Shown here: one piece after another, positions 1 to 7,504 of the stretch | Position numbering within the stretch: position 1 is the stretch's first letter | Layout of the letters: every line of letters starts with the position of its first letter | Source of the DNA: Candidatus Methylomirabilis sp. | GTDB taxonomy: Bacteria; Methylomirabilota; Methylomirabilia; Methylomirabilales; Methylomirabilaceae | Length of the DNA: 12,078 nt | Reading direction: 5' to 3' | Assembly: GCA_041498975.1 (NCBI GenBank) | Contig: JBGQJI010000072.1 | Coordinates: forward strand, 1-12,078 | Translations under genes and position numbers: made by a program | The notes under the pieces: model-generated | Seen by the model: only the letters and a program-made list of their open reading frames with translations | What the model was told of the DNA's origin: nothing | Database searches by the model: none

Positions 1-633
1 AAGGTCCTTCGTGTGGTCAATCACGCCGTCGGCGCCCATCTTTCGGCAGAATGCGGTGGACTCGGCTCGCGACGCCGTGGCCACCACGCGCAGGCCGCAG
101 ACCCGCTTCGCGATCTGGATCGCGATGGAACCCACGCCGCCGGCCCCGCCGATGACGAGCGCCGTGCGGCCGGCGCCGGCCCCCTCGCGAGCGCCCATGT
201 TCTCGAGGAGCGCCTCCCAAGCCGTGATGGCGCATAATGGAATGGCCGAGGCTTTCTCGAACGACAGCGTCTTCGGCTTCCTGCCGACGATGCGCTCGTC
301 ACAGGCGACGTACTCGGCGTAACATCCGGGCCTGGTGATGTTACCGGAGAGGTAAACCTCGTCGCCGATCCGGAGCCGCCGGGCCTCGCTTCCCACCTCA
401 TCGACGACGCCCGCGGCGTCCCAGCCGATCACGATCGGCCAGCCGGCCACCTTGTCGGCACCGCCGCGCAGCCCGCGTCGCACCTTTGCATCGATGGGGT
501 TCACCGAGACGGCCTTCACCCGTACGACCACGTCGTGCGGCCTGGGGACCGGTCGCGGCACATCGACGAACCGGAGCACGTCCGGCCCGCCGTATTCAAA
601 GAACCCGATCGCCTTCATTGTCTGTGTTGTCAT
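1..633 (-). CDS. Zinc-binding alcohol dehydrogenase family / NADPH:quinone oxidoreductase-like MDR protein (3' end runs off the window)
   Basis: Not in the ORF track (no stop in window). Manual translation: MTTQTMKAIGFFEYGGPDVLRFVDVPRPVPRPHDVVVRVKAVSVNPIDAKVR...IGWDAAGVVDEVG...GCYAEYVACDERIVGRKPKTLSFEKASAIPLCAITAWEALL...LVIGGAGGVGSIAIQIAK. Contains MDR SVNPxDxK and GWDAAGVV motifs and a GGAGGVG nucleotide-binding loop. SD GGAAGGAG precedes the ATG at 633. Confidence 0.92.
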   Translation of the reverse strand, partial: MTTQTMKAIGFFEYGGPDVLRFVDVPRPVPRPHDVVVRVKAVSVNPIDAKVRRGLRGGADKVAGWPIVIGWDAAGVVDEVGSEARRLRIGDEVYLSGNITRPGCYAEYVACDERIVGRKPKTLSFEKASAIPLCAITAWEALLENMGAREGAGAGRTALVIGGAGGVGSIAIQIAKRVCGLRVVATASRAESTAFCRKMGADGVIDHTKDL

Positions 634-791
634 GGAAGACTCCTTCCGCTTCGGGAAGCCCCGAAGCCGCAAGCCGCCGGCCCTGAGCCCTCCGTTTACT
701 CAAGACGATGACGTCCGCTCTCCAGGCCTCCCGCTTCGCGCTCGACTTTGCCTCTTCAGAGCAGAAGGGATGAATGAGGAGATCAGTGGGC

Positions 792-800
792 ATTATACCA
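792..800 (-). promoter_or_regulatory. Extended -10 sigma70-type promoter (TGgTATAAT) for the minus-strand MDR gene
   Basis: Reverse complement of 792-800 is TGGTATAAT, a perfect TGnTATAAT in GC-rich DNA, oriented toward the ATG at 633. No good -35. Confidence 0.6.
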
Positions 801-883
801 TGCTCTGCCGGCCTTGCGCAGTCGAGGAGGGGGCTTACCCCCATCCCGATATTTGACTGCATTCGTGTTCTCGAATCGCTATA

Positions 884-1053
884 CTAATACAAACGTCTTT
901 AATCTTATTGCAAAGGTGCGGGTCCTGTCCTTCGGCAGCCCCATCCGTCCTCACTCCACCCATCCCTCAGTGGGGCCCTTTCGTTGCGGGCGGATGGGGC
1001 GCCCCGCCTCGGCCACCCGCCCGATGTAACTTTAAGATTGTCGTTTGTATTAG
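884..1053. repeat. ~170-nt imperfect inverted repeat / long hairpin (MITE/REP-like element or structured RNA)
   Basis: Nested pairings: CTAATACAAACG 884-895 / CGTTTGTATTAG 1042-1053; AATCTTA 901-907 / TAAGATT 1033-1039; TTGCA 908-912 / TGTAA 1025-1029; GCGGGT 918-923 / ACCCGC 1015-1020; GCCCCATCCGTCC 938-950 / GGGCGGATGGGGC 988-1000. Confidence 0.8.
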
Positions 1054-1077
1054 AAGACATGAGAGGAGATGACCAGC

Positions 1078-1107
1078 ATGCACCTGACCGATGGCACCCA
1101 CCCATGA
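1078..1107 (+). other. Possible leader micro-ORF (MHLTDGTHP*) coupled to the HDAC start
   Basis: SD GAGGAG 1063-1068, ATG 1078; its TGA (1105-1107) overlaps the HDAC ATG (1104-1106) as ATGA. Confidence 0.3.
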
Positions 1108-1985
1108 AGCTTTTCTACAGCCCGGACTATGTCCGCTCTGGGCACGCCTTTGAGACGACACGTAAGTCGCAGTGGATCGCAGATTCGCTGCGTCGCGACC
1201 CGATGGCCGAGATCGAGGTTCTCGCTCCGGAGCCGCTCAACGAATCGCGGCTCTGCGAAGTTCACGACCCAACGTACGTTACCGCCGTTCGGACAGGGCA
1301 CCCACGGAGGGCGGCGGAGTCGCAAGGGTTTCCCTGGGATCCATGTCTCTGGTCCATGGTCTGCGCCTCGAATGGCGGGGCGGTCGCGGCCGCAGTCGCC
1401 GCCCTCGCCGACGGGGTTGCGGGTTCGTTGTCGAGCGGGCTGCACCATGCCCGGCGTGACCACGGGGCCGGCTTCTGTACCTTCAACGGGCTCGCCTTGG
1501 GCGTCCGCGCGGCCGAGGTGGCGGGGGCCCGGACCATCCTGATTGTGGATCTCGACGCCCATTGCGGAGGCGGCACGCACTCCCTTGTGGCGGGCGATCC
1601 CTACGTCTGGCAGCTCGACGTCGCCGTCTCGCCCTTCGACACCTATGTGCCTACCGAGCGCACCAGCCTGGATCAGGTGGGCGACCCGGGCCGTTACCTT
1701 TCCGTCGTCGAGACGCGTGTGAAGGGGCTCGAGGCCGGCGCCCCTCGGTTCGACCTGTGCCTGTACAATGCGGGCATGGACCCCTTCGAGGGGTGCGCGA
1801 TAGGGGGGCTACACGGGATCACCCGCGAGATCCTCGAAAAGCGCGAGCGGCTCGTCTTCGACTGGTGCCGCAGGCGGCGGATACCCATCGCCTTCGTGCT
1901 TGCCGGGGGATACCTGGGCCCAGGGCTCGATGAGCCGGGTCTGGTCGCCCTCCATCGACTGACGCTGTCAGCGGCGGTCCGGTAG
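1104..1985 (+). CDS. Histone deacetylase family (Zn-dependent amidohydrolase) protein
   Basis: Motifs SGLHHA, GAGFCTFN, VDLDAHCGGGT (Zn ligands D,H), YNAGMD (third ligand D), LAGGY (catalytic Tyr). Start chosen at MKLFYSPDY (1104); an in-frame ATG at 1059 is the alternative. Confidence 0.92.
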   Translation: MKLFYSPDYVRSGHAFETTRKSQWIADSLRRDPMAEIEVLAPEPLNESRLCEVHDPTYVTAVRTGHPRRAAESQGFPWDPCLWSMVCASNGGAVAAAVAALADGVAGSLSSGLHHARRDHGAGFCTFNGLALGVRAAEVAGARTILIVDLDAHCGGGTHSLVAGDPYVWQLDVAVSPFDTYVPTERTSLDQVGDPGRYLSVVETRVKGLEAGAPRFDLCLYNAGMDPFEGCAIGGLHGITREILEKRERLVFDWCRRRRIPIAFVLAGGYLGPGLDEPGLVALHRLTLSAAVR

Positions 1986-2066
1986 AGCAATGGCTAAGCG
2001 CAGGGGACGCCGGCCGCTCGCGATAAGCCTGGTTCGATCTTTCGCACGAGGACAACAGAGGCAGGG

Positions 2067-3359
2067 ATGATATTTCGGGCATTGCGGTCCAGGAATTACC
2101 GCCTTTTCTTCGGGGGTCAAAGCATCTCTTTGATCGGCACCTGGATGCAGCAGATCGCAGTCAGTTGGCTGGTCTATCGCCTGACGAATTCCGCATTCTT
2201 ACTGGGTGTCGTTGGATTTGCTGGTCAGATTCCCACCTCTTTGTTGGCGCCCCTTGCCGGGGTATGCGCCGATAGACTGAACCGCCATCGCATGTTGATC
2301 GTCACGCAAACCCTGGCGATGGTACAGGCGTTACTGTTGGCCCTTCTCGTTTTGACACGCACCGTAACGGTATGGCAAATCATAGCTATCAGCGTGTTCC
2401 TGGGTCTTGTGAATGCGTTCGATATGCCGGTTCGACAGGCGTTTATCGTCGATATGATAGAAAAGAGGGAGGATTTAGGAAACGCCATCGCCTTGAACTC
2501 CACCATGTTTAATGGCGCCAGATTGCTGGGGCCCTCGATAGCAGGCATCCTGATTGCTTCCCTAGGTGAAGGGATCTGCTTTCTCCTGAACGGGATCAGC
2601 TATGTTCCCGTCATTGCCGCCCTATCGGCGATGACAATTGCCCCAAGAACCAGGACGGTCGAACGCGCGCATATCGCGCGAGAGCTGAGTGAGGCGTTTG
2701 CCTACGCGTTCGGATTCGCGCCGATCAGGTCGATCTTACTGCTGCTCGGATTGGTCAGTCTCATAGGCATGCCGTACACGACGCTCATGCCGGTGTTTGC
2801 CAAGGATGTTTACCATGGGGGCGCTCACACCCTCGGCTTTCTGGTAGGAGCTTCGGGGATCGGCGCTTTGGCGGGGACGATGTATCTCGCGTCGAAAGCT
2901 AGTGTTCGGGGCCTTGGAAAGCTCATTGCGGGATCGGCCATTCTGTTCGGAATCGGTCTCATCGCGTTTTCTCTGTCACGTGCCCTGTGGTGTTCCATGT
3001 TGCTCATGCTCCTGACCGGGTTCGGCATGGTGGTGCACTTCGCATCGAGCAATACGGTCTTGCAGACCATTGTCGATGATGACAAACGCGGGCGGGTGAT
3101 GAGCCTCTTCACCATGACTGTGATGGGTGCGGCCCCATTTGGCAGTCTACTGGCCGGCGGACTCGCCAGTCGAATGGGCGCCCCGGCTACGCTGCTGCTG
3201 TGCGGCATATGCTGCGTGTCAGGTTCGCTTCTGTTCATAAGAGCACTGCCTTCATGGAGGGAAATGGTTCGCCCGATCTACGTCAGGAAGGGCATAATTC
3301 CGGAAGTGGCCTCAGGGCTCGAGACAGCCGCTAATCTGAGCAGGCCGCCAGCGGATTAG
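2067..3359 (+). CDS. MFS transporter (MFS_3 / H+ antiporter-like, ~12 TM)
   Basis: FRALRSRNYRLFFGGQSISLIGTWMQ N-terminus, motif A GVCADRLNRHR, AFDMPVRQAF, NAIALNSTMFNGARLLGP, RGRVMS; 430 aa, hydrophobic. Confidence 0.93.
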   Translation: MIFRALRSRNYRLFFGGQSISLIGTWMQQIAVSWLVYRLTNSAFLLGVVGFAGQIPTSLLAPLAGVCADRLNRHRMLIVTQTLAMVQALLLALLVLTRTVTVWQIIAISVFLGLVNAFDMPVRQAFIVDMIEKREDLGNAIALNSTMFNGARLLGPSIAGILIASLGEGICFLLNGISYVPVIAALSAMTIAPRTRTVERAHIARELSEAFAYAFGFAPIRSILLLLGLVSLIGMPYTTLMPVFAKDVYHGGAHTLGFLVGASGIGALAGTMYLASKASVRGLGKLIAGSAILFGIGLIAFSLSRALWCSMLLMLLTGFGMVVHFASSNTVLQTIVDDDKRGRVMSLFTMTVMGAAPFGSLLAGGLASRMGAPATLLLCGICCVSGSLLFIRALPSWREMVRPIYVRKGIIPEVASGLETAANLSRPPAD

Positions 3360-3419
3360 GGGATACCGTGCCGCTGTGCGCCGTCCTTGACCTTCGCATT
3401 CACTCTCCTCTCAACCTGT

Positions 3420-3447
3420 CCTTCTCCCCACCCCACAGGGGAGAAGG
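3420..3447. repeat. Perfect 10-bp stem hairpin, REP-like (possible terminator role)
   Basis: CCTTCTCCCC 3420-3429 / GGGGAGAAGG 3438-3447 with 8-nt loop, 60 nt after the MFS stop; no U-tract. Confidence 0.6.
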
Positions 3448-3522
3448 TGCCGATGAGGGGCGATCGGGGAAGCGCTGATACGCCACCATCATCCTCCTGA
3501 ACTTGACAATGAGCATCGTCAC

Positions 3523-4551
3523 ATGAGGCAGTTCACCGTTCGATGCGCCCGCGAGAGCGATAACGAGGCACTCGTCGAGCTGGATCGTCGATGCACGATG
3601 GGCGAGGAGACCACCCTGGCCTTCGACCGCTCCCCCGATTTCTTCGCCCGATCAAAGCCCTACGAACACCATACCCTCCTCGTCGCCGAGGCTGGGGACG
3701 CCGTAGTCGGCGTCGGTGGCGTGGCGCTGAAGCCCTTGCGGGCTGCGGGTGAGCTGCTGAAGGCGGCCTACTTCTACGACCTTCGTGTGGACCCGGCCTT
3801 CCGTCGGCTGGGGGTGGCCTCGGCCATCGCGGATGGATTGAGAGGGCTGGTGAAGCGGATGGAGGCCGATTTCACCTACGCTTTGGTTCTGGAAGGCAAC
3901 GTTCCCTCCCTGGAGCTTGTGGCGAAGCGGGGCTCCCGGCCGGTTCGACGGTGTGTCCTGGCGATCCTCCCGGCAGGCGGCACAGGAGGTGCAGGGCGGT
4001 GGCGGCCTCTAGAGCAGCAGGATCTCAGTCGCGTCACCATCCTGATCGAGATGAGTTTTCCCCGGCACGATCTTTTCCCTCTCTTCGATGTCGCTGCGTT
4101 CAGGGGGCTGCTTAAAAGGACCCCTGGCTTTTCCCTTCGAGCCTGCTATGGCATGACCGTCGGAGGGACCCTTTCGGCATGCTTCGGCCTCTGGGACTAT
4201 TCGTCCATTATGAGGATACGCGTCGGGCGAAACCGCAGGAAGGAACACACTCAGCGGTCTTGGCTGATTGAGGCTGAAGAGATCGCCCCCCATTTTCTCC
4301 TGCCCCTGGCCTTTCAGGGGCCTGGACTGTTGGCAGAGGTGATTCAGCAGGCCAGAGGGCTGTTGGTCGGGCAACGGCGAGGCCAAATCATCCCGGCACT
4401 CCTCATCCCGTATGATCCGGAGGATCGGGGCTTCGCAGCGGTCAGGCAGTTCGAGCGGTTCGAGCTCGGCATCAAGCTCTTCGCCCGTTCCGCCCGGAGA
4501 GAGCTGAGGTTGGGGGACAGACCCCTCTACCTCGATCCCATCGATCTGTGA
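3523..4551 (+). CDS. Two-domain GNAT family N-acetyltransferase (HLS1-like)
   Basis: LLVAE..VVG strand, acetyl-CoA motif A AYFYDLRVDPAFRRLGVA, motif B-like EGNVPSL; extra ~190-aa C-terminal domain ending LYLDPIDL. Confidence 0.88.
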   Translation: MRQFTVRCARESDNEALVELDRRCTMGEETTLAFDRSPDFFARSKPYEHHTLLVAEAGDAVVGVGGVALKPLRAAGELLKAAYFYDLRVDPAFRRLGVASAIADGLRGLVKRMEADFTYALVLEGNVPSLELVAKRGSRPVRRCVLAILPAGGTGGAGRWRPLEQQDLSRVTILIEMSFPRHDLFPLFDVAAFRGLLKRTPGFSLRACYGMTVGGTLSACFGLWDYSSIMRIRVGRNRRKEHTQRSWLIEAEEIAPHFLLPLAFQGPGLLAEVIQQARGLLVGQRRGQIIPALLIPYDPEDRGFAAVRQFERFELGIKLFARSARRELRLGDRPLYLDPIDL

Positions 4552-4560
4552 GGGAGACGG

Positions 4561-4588
4561 GTGAAACGTTGGTGGAGTGTGCTACACT
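4561..4588 (+). promoter_or_regulatory. Candidate sigma70 promoter for qor
   Basis: GTGAAA (4561-4566), 16-nt spacer, TACACT (4583-4588) preceded by TGn (extended -10). Confidence 0.4.
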
Positions 4589-4674
4589 GACGGGCGCGTC
4601 ACCCGATGCGAGCTGCCACATCCGTTCCCGTTCGAAGTTGACCATACGCCTGTACGTGAGAGGGAGGCAACTGT

Positions 4675-5643
4675 ATGCGCGTGATTCGCATCCATGAGTT
4701 TGGCGGCCCCCAAGTCCTCCGCTACGACGAAGTGCCGCTCCCCGAGCCCGGCGTCGGCGAGGCACGGGTAAAGATTGACGCGATTGGGGTCAACTATGTT
4801 GACATCTACCAGCGGACGGGCCAGTACCCCGGCCCGCTGCCGATGATCCCCGGAAGGGAGGCTGCCGGGGTGGTCGAAGCGGTTGGCCCGGGGGTCTCGG
4901 AGGTTCAGCCGAGAGACCGCGTCGCCTACTCTGGGCACGTGGGCTCCTACGCGGAGTATGCGGTCGTCCCGGCCTGGATGCTGGTGCCGATCCCGAACGC
5001 TCTGGAGACCCCGCAGGCGGCGGCGGTACTGCTGCAAGGGATGACGGCGCACTACCTTACCCACAGCACCTACCCGCTCCACCCGGGGGACACAGCGTTG
5101 ATTCATGCTGCGGCGGGCGGCGTCGGCCTGCTATTGGTCCAGATGGCGAGGCGGCGGGGCGCATGGGTCATCGGGACCGTCTCGACCGAGGAAAAGGCTC
5201 GCCTGGTCAGGCAAGCCGGCGCGAATGAAGTGATCCTCTACACGCAGATGGACTTTGAAGCGGAGACCAGGCGCGTGACCCATGGCAAGGGGGTGAGCGT
5301 TGTGTACGACTCGGTCGGCCAAACGACCTTCGACAAGAGCCTGAACTGTCTCAAACCTCGCGGGTACATGGTCCTGTATGGGCAATCCAGCGGGGCGGTC
5401 CCGCCGCTGAATCCACAGGTTCTCAGCGCGAAAGGTTCGCTGTTCCTGACCCGCCCGACACTGGCGCATCATATGCTGGACCGGACGGAACTGCTGAAGC
5501 GGGCCGGGGACCTGTTCGAGTGGATCGCCGCCGGCCAGCTCGACGTGCGCATCGACACGACGTTCCCGCTGAAGGAGGCCGCCCAGGCCCATCGCTACCT
5601 CGAAGCCCGCAAGACGAGGGGGAAGGTCCTGTTGATCCCCTGA
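4675..5643 (+). CDS. qor: NADPH:quinone oxidoreductase (zeta-crystallin-like MDR)
   Basis: [73 protein letters not shown] upstream. Confidence 0.93.
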   Translation: MRVIRIHEFGGPQVLRYDEVPLPEPGVGEARVKIDAIGVNYVDIYQRTGQYPGPLPMIPGREAAGVVEAVGPGVSEVQPRDRVAYSGHVGSYAEYAVVPAWMLVPIPNALETPQAAAVLLQGMTAHYLTHSTYPLHPGDTALIHAAAGGVGLLLVQMARRRGAWVIGTVSTEEKARLVRQAGANEVILYTQMDFEAETRRVTHGKGVSVVYDSVGQTTFDKSLNCLKPRGYMVLYGQSSGAVPPLNPQVLSAKGSLFLTRPTLAHHMLDRTELLKRAGDLFEWIAAGQLDVRIDTTFPLKEAAQAHRYLEARKTRGKVLLIP

Positions 5644-5669
5644 GGCCGGGTTGGTTCCTTCATGACCGC

Positions 5670-5710
5670 TCCGGGCACTTTTGCCCGGACCCCTTCCCTC
5701 AGAGGGAGGG
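5670..5710. repeat. Twin GC-rich hairpins after qor (REP-like / possible terminator)
   Basis: TCCGGGCA 5670-5677 / TGCCCGGA 5682-5689, then CCTTCCCT 5692-5699 / AGGGAGGG 5703-5710. The second resembles the 3420-3447 hairpin. Confidence 0.5.
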
Positions 5711-5800
5711 AGAAAGAGCCGATGCTGATCCAGCCTCGCCGCGAATGGGAAGCGAAGGGGTGAGGGCGTTGTGTGCAGTGGGAGGTCAGGCATGGCAGGT

Positions 5801-5904
5801 GTCGTTGTGAGGGAACGAAGTGACCGAAACAATCGCTCGACTGGGCTCGTCGAAAGCTCATCCAGGACGCGATAGTTCCGCTGCATGCAGTCGCTCGCAA
5901 CGAC
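5801..5904. repeat. REP/RPE-like palindromic element (GTCRTTGCGAG...CAATC...GAT...CTCGCAAYGAC type)
   Basis: GTCGTTGTGAG 5801-5811 / CTCGCAACGAC 5894-5904 (1 mismatch); inner AACAATCGC 5828-5836 / GCGATAGTT 5869-5877. Confidence 0.7.
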
Positions 5905-5944
5905 GGCGTTGCGGCACTGTCTGTTTTGTGGTTTAGGCTCTGGG

Positions 5945-5972
5945 TTGCAATGATCGCATTCAGCGGCATACT
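5945..5972 (+). promoter_or_regulatory. Candidate sigma70 promoter for the dehydrogenase gene
   Basis: TTGCAA 5945-5950, 16-nt spacer, CATACT 5967-5972; followed by hairpin CCTGACA 5979-5985 / TGTCAGG 5996-6002. Confidence 0.3.
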
Positions 5973-6020
5973 ACAACACCTGACACGTGCAACGTTGTCA
6001 GGTCCGACGGTGTCCTGCGG

Positions 6021-7154
6021 ATGGTCAAACAACAGGTGATCAGATTCCGGGTGATTGCCCCTTTGCTCCTTGTGCTAACGGCAACGCTGGCTTGCGTCGC
6101 CGCTAACAGCAGCCAGGAGTTGCCGCTCGATCAAATCACACTGCCCTTGGGCTTTAGGATCGGCATTTACGCGACGAATGTGCCAGATGCGCGTTCGATG
6201 GCCCTCAGCTCTAAGGGCACGCTGTTCGTCGGCACGCGCGAAGCAGGGAATGTCTACGCCATCGTGGATCGCAACCGCGACGACAAAGACGTCGAAGTCA
6301 TCACCCTCGCCCGCGGCCTGAATATGCCAAATGGCGTCGCGTTCCGCGATGGGGCCCTCTACGTGGCCGAGGTCAACCGCATCCTGCGATACGACGATAT
6401 CGAAGCCCACCTCACGGATCCCCCGAAGCCTGTCGTGCTCAGCGATGCCTTTCCTCGAGACCGGTCGCACGGCTGGAAGTTCATTCGATTTGGCCCGGAC
6501 GGGCTGCTGTACGTGCCGGTAGGGGCACCCTGCAATGTCTGCGAGCCTGAGGACGAACGTTATGCCTCGATCACCCGGATGAAGCCCGACGGCACCGGAT
6601 TGGAAATCTTCGCCCGCGGGATACGCAATACGGTCGGATTTGACTGGCATCCCAAGACGCATGAACTCTGGTTCACCGATAACGGGAGGGATTGGCTTGG
6701 CGACGATCTCCCGCCAGACGAATTGAATCACGCGCCGAAGCAAGGGTTGCACTTCGGTTTCCCCTATTGCCACGGGAAGAACATTCGAGACCCTGAGTTG
6801 GGGAAGAGGCGGAAGTGCAAGGAGTTCATCGCGCCGGCGCTCGAACTCGACCCCCATGTGGCGGCGGTCGGCATGCGCTTTTATACGGGGACGATGTTTC
6901 CGGAGGAGTACCGAAACCAGGTCTTCATTGCGGAACATGGATCGTGGAATCGCAGCGCCCCGATCGGGTATCGCGTGACGTTGGTGCGACTCGACGGAAA
7001 AGGTCCGCCCGAGTACGAAGTCTTCGCTGAGGGGTGGCTGCAAGGCGGCCGCGCGTGGGGACGCCCGGTGGATCTGCTCGTCATGCCCGGTGGCGCGATG
7101 CTTGTCTCGGATGACCGAGCAGGCGTGATCTACCGGATCAGTTACGGGAAGTAG
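6021..7154 (+). CDS. Exported PQQ-dependent sugar / sorbosone dehydrogenase family beta-propeller protein
   Basis: N-terminal signal peptide; HGWKFIRFGPDGLLYVPVGAPCNVC, GIRNTVGFDW, DNGRDWLGDDLPPDELN, AEHGSWNRS, GRPVD, VSDD. Confidence 0.9.
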   Translation: MVKQQVIRFRVIAPLLLVLTATLACVAANSSQELPLDQITLPLGFRIGIYATNVPDARSMALSSKGTLFVGTREAGNVYAIVDRNRDDKDVEVITLARGLNMPNGVAFRDGALYVAEVNRILRYDDIEAHLTDPPKPVVLSDAFPRDRSHGWKFIRFGPDGLLYVPVGAPCNVCEPEDERYASITRMKPDGTGLEIFARGIRNTVGFDWHPKTHELWFTDNGRDWLGDDLPPDELNHAPKQGLHFGFPYCHGKNIRDPELGKRRKCKEFIAPALELDPHVAAVGMRFYTGTMFPEEYRNQVFIAEHGSWNRSAPIGYRVTLVRLDGKGPPEYEVFAEGWLQGGRAWGRPVDLLVMPGGAMLVSDDRAGVIYRISYGK

Positions 7155-7200
7155 CCCACCCTCTCTTGGGGCTTGACACTTCGGACGTGGAACCGTGTTA

Positions 7201-7287
7201 AGATTGCGCAGCCTGTCCCGAGCAGCCCCGAGGGGTCCCACTCCTCGCAATGACACGGGCGAGGGGCACTTTCGAGGCAATGACACC
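7201..7287. repeat. Right half of the same REP-like family with an imperfect ~30-bp tandem duplication
   Basis: AGATTGC 7201-7207 ... CTCGCAATGAC 7244-7254; GCAATGACAC at 7247-7256 and 7277-7286; CGAGGGG at 7229-7235 and 7260-7266. Confidence 0.6.
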
Positions 7288-7504
7288 TGATCCGGCGAGC
7301 AAATTGTTTGTCGAAGTTTTTTTCGGGACAGAACGCCAATTCCGTGATAGGAATAGTCTGGCCTCGGAGAAAGGGGCCATCGGGTTCTCGACGAGATCGA
7401 CGAAAGGCTGAAGCCGATACGGGGGATGTGGGTAAGACAGTGGCAGGATATGTTTCGGTGAGCGGTGGCGAGAGTTGACGTTGACCGGGAAAAGGAGGGA
7501 GAAC

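Noticed and set aside
853..885. TTGACT...TATACT as a sigma70 promoter for HDAC
   Set aside because: Spacer is 21 nt, too long; the -10 alone may function but cannot be supported.
479..920. 12-nt inverted match CGCACCTTTGCA (479-490) / TGCAAAGGTGCG (909-920)
   Set aside because: One copy lies inside coding sequence and the match does not extend; compatible with chance.
884..1053. Reading the long hairpin as an integron attC site or retron msr/msd
   Set aside because: Ends lack RYYYAAC/GTTRRRY cores and it is longer than typical attC; no integrase or reverse transcriptase in the window.
984..1103. N-terminal extension of the HDAC ORF from TTG 984
   Set aside because: Runs through the inverted-repeat element, has no SD, and HDAC-like sequence begins at MKLFY (1104).
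7173..7204. TTGACA...TAAGAT as a promoter for mlaA
   Set aside because: Spacer is 20 nt and the -10 overlaps the repeat element; left uncalled.
7229..7287. Mini CRISPR array from the repeated GCAATGACAC
   Set aside because: Only two 10-nt copies 30 nt apart, no cas genes; better explained as a REP duplication.
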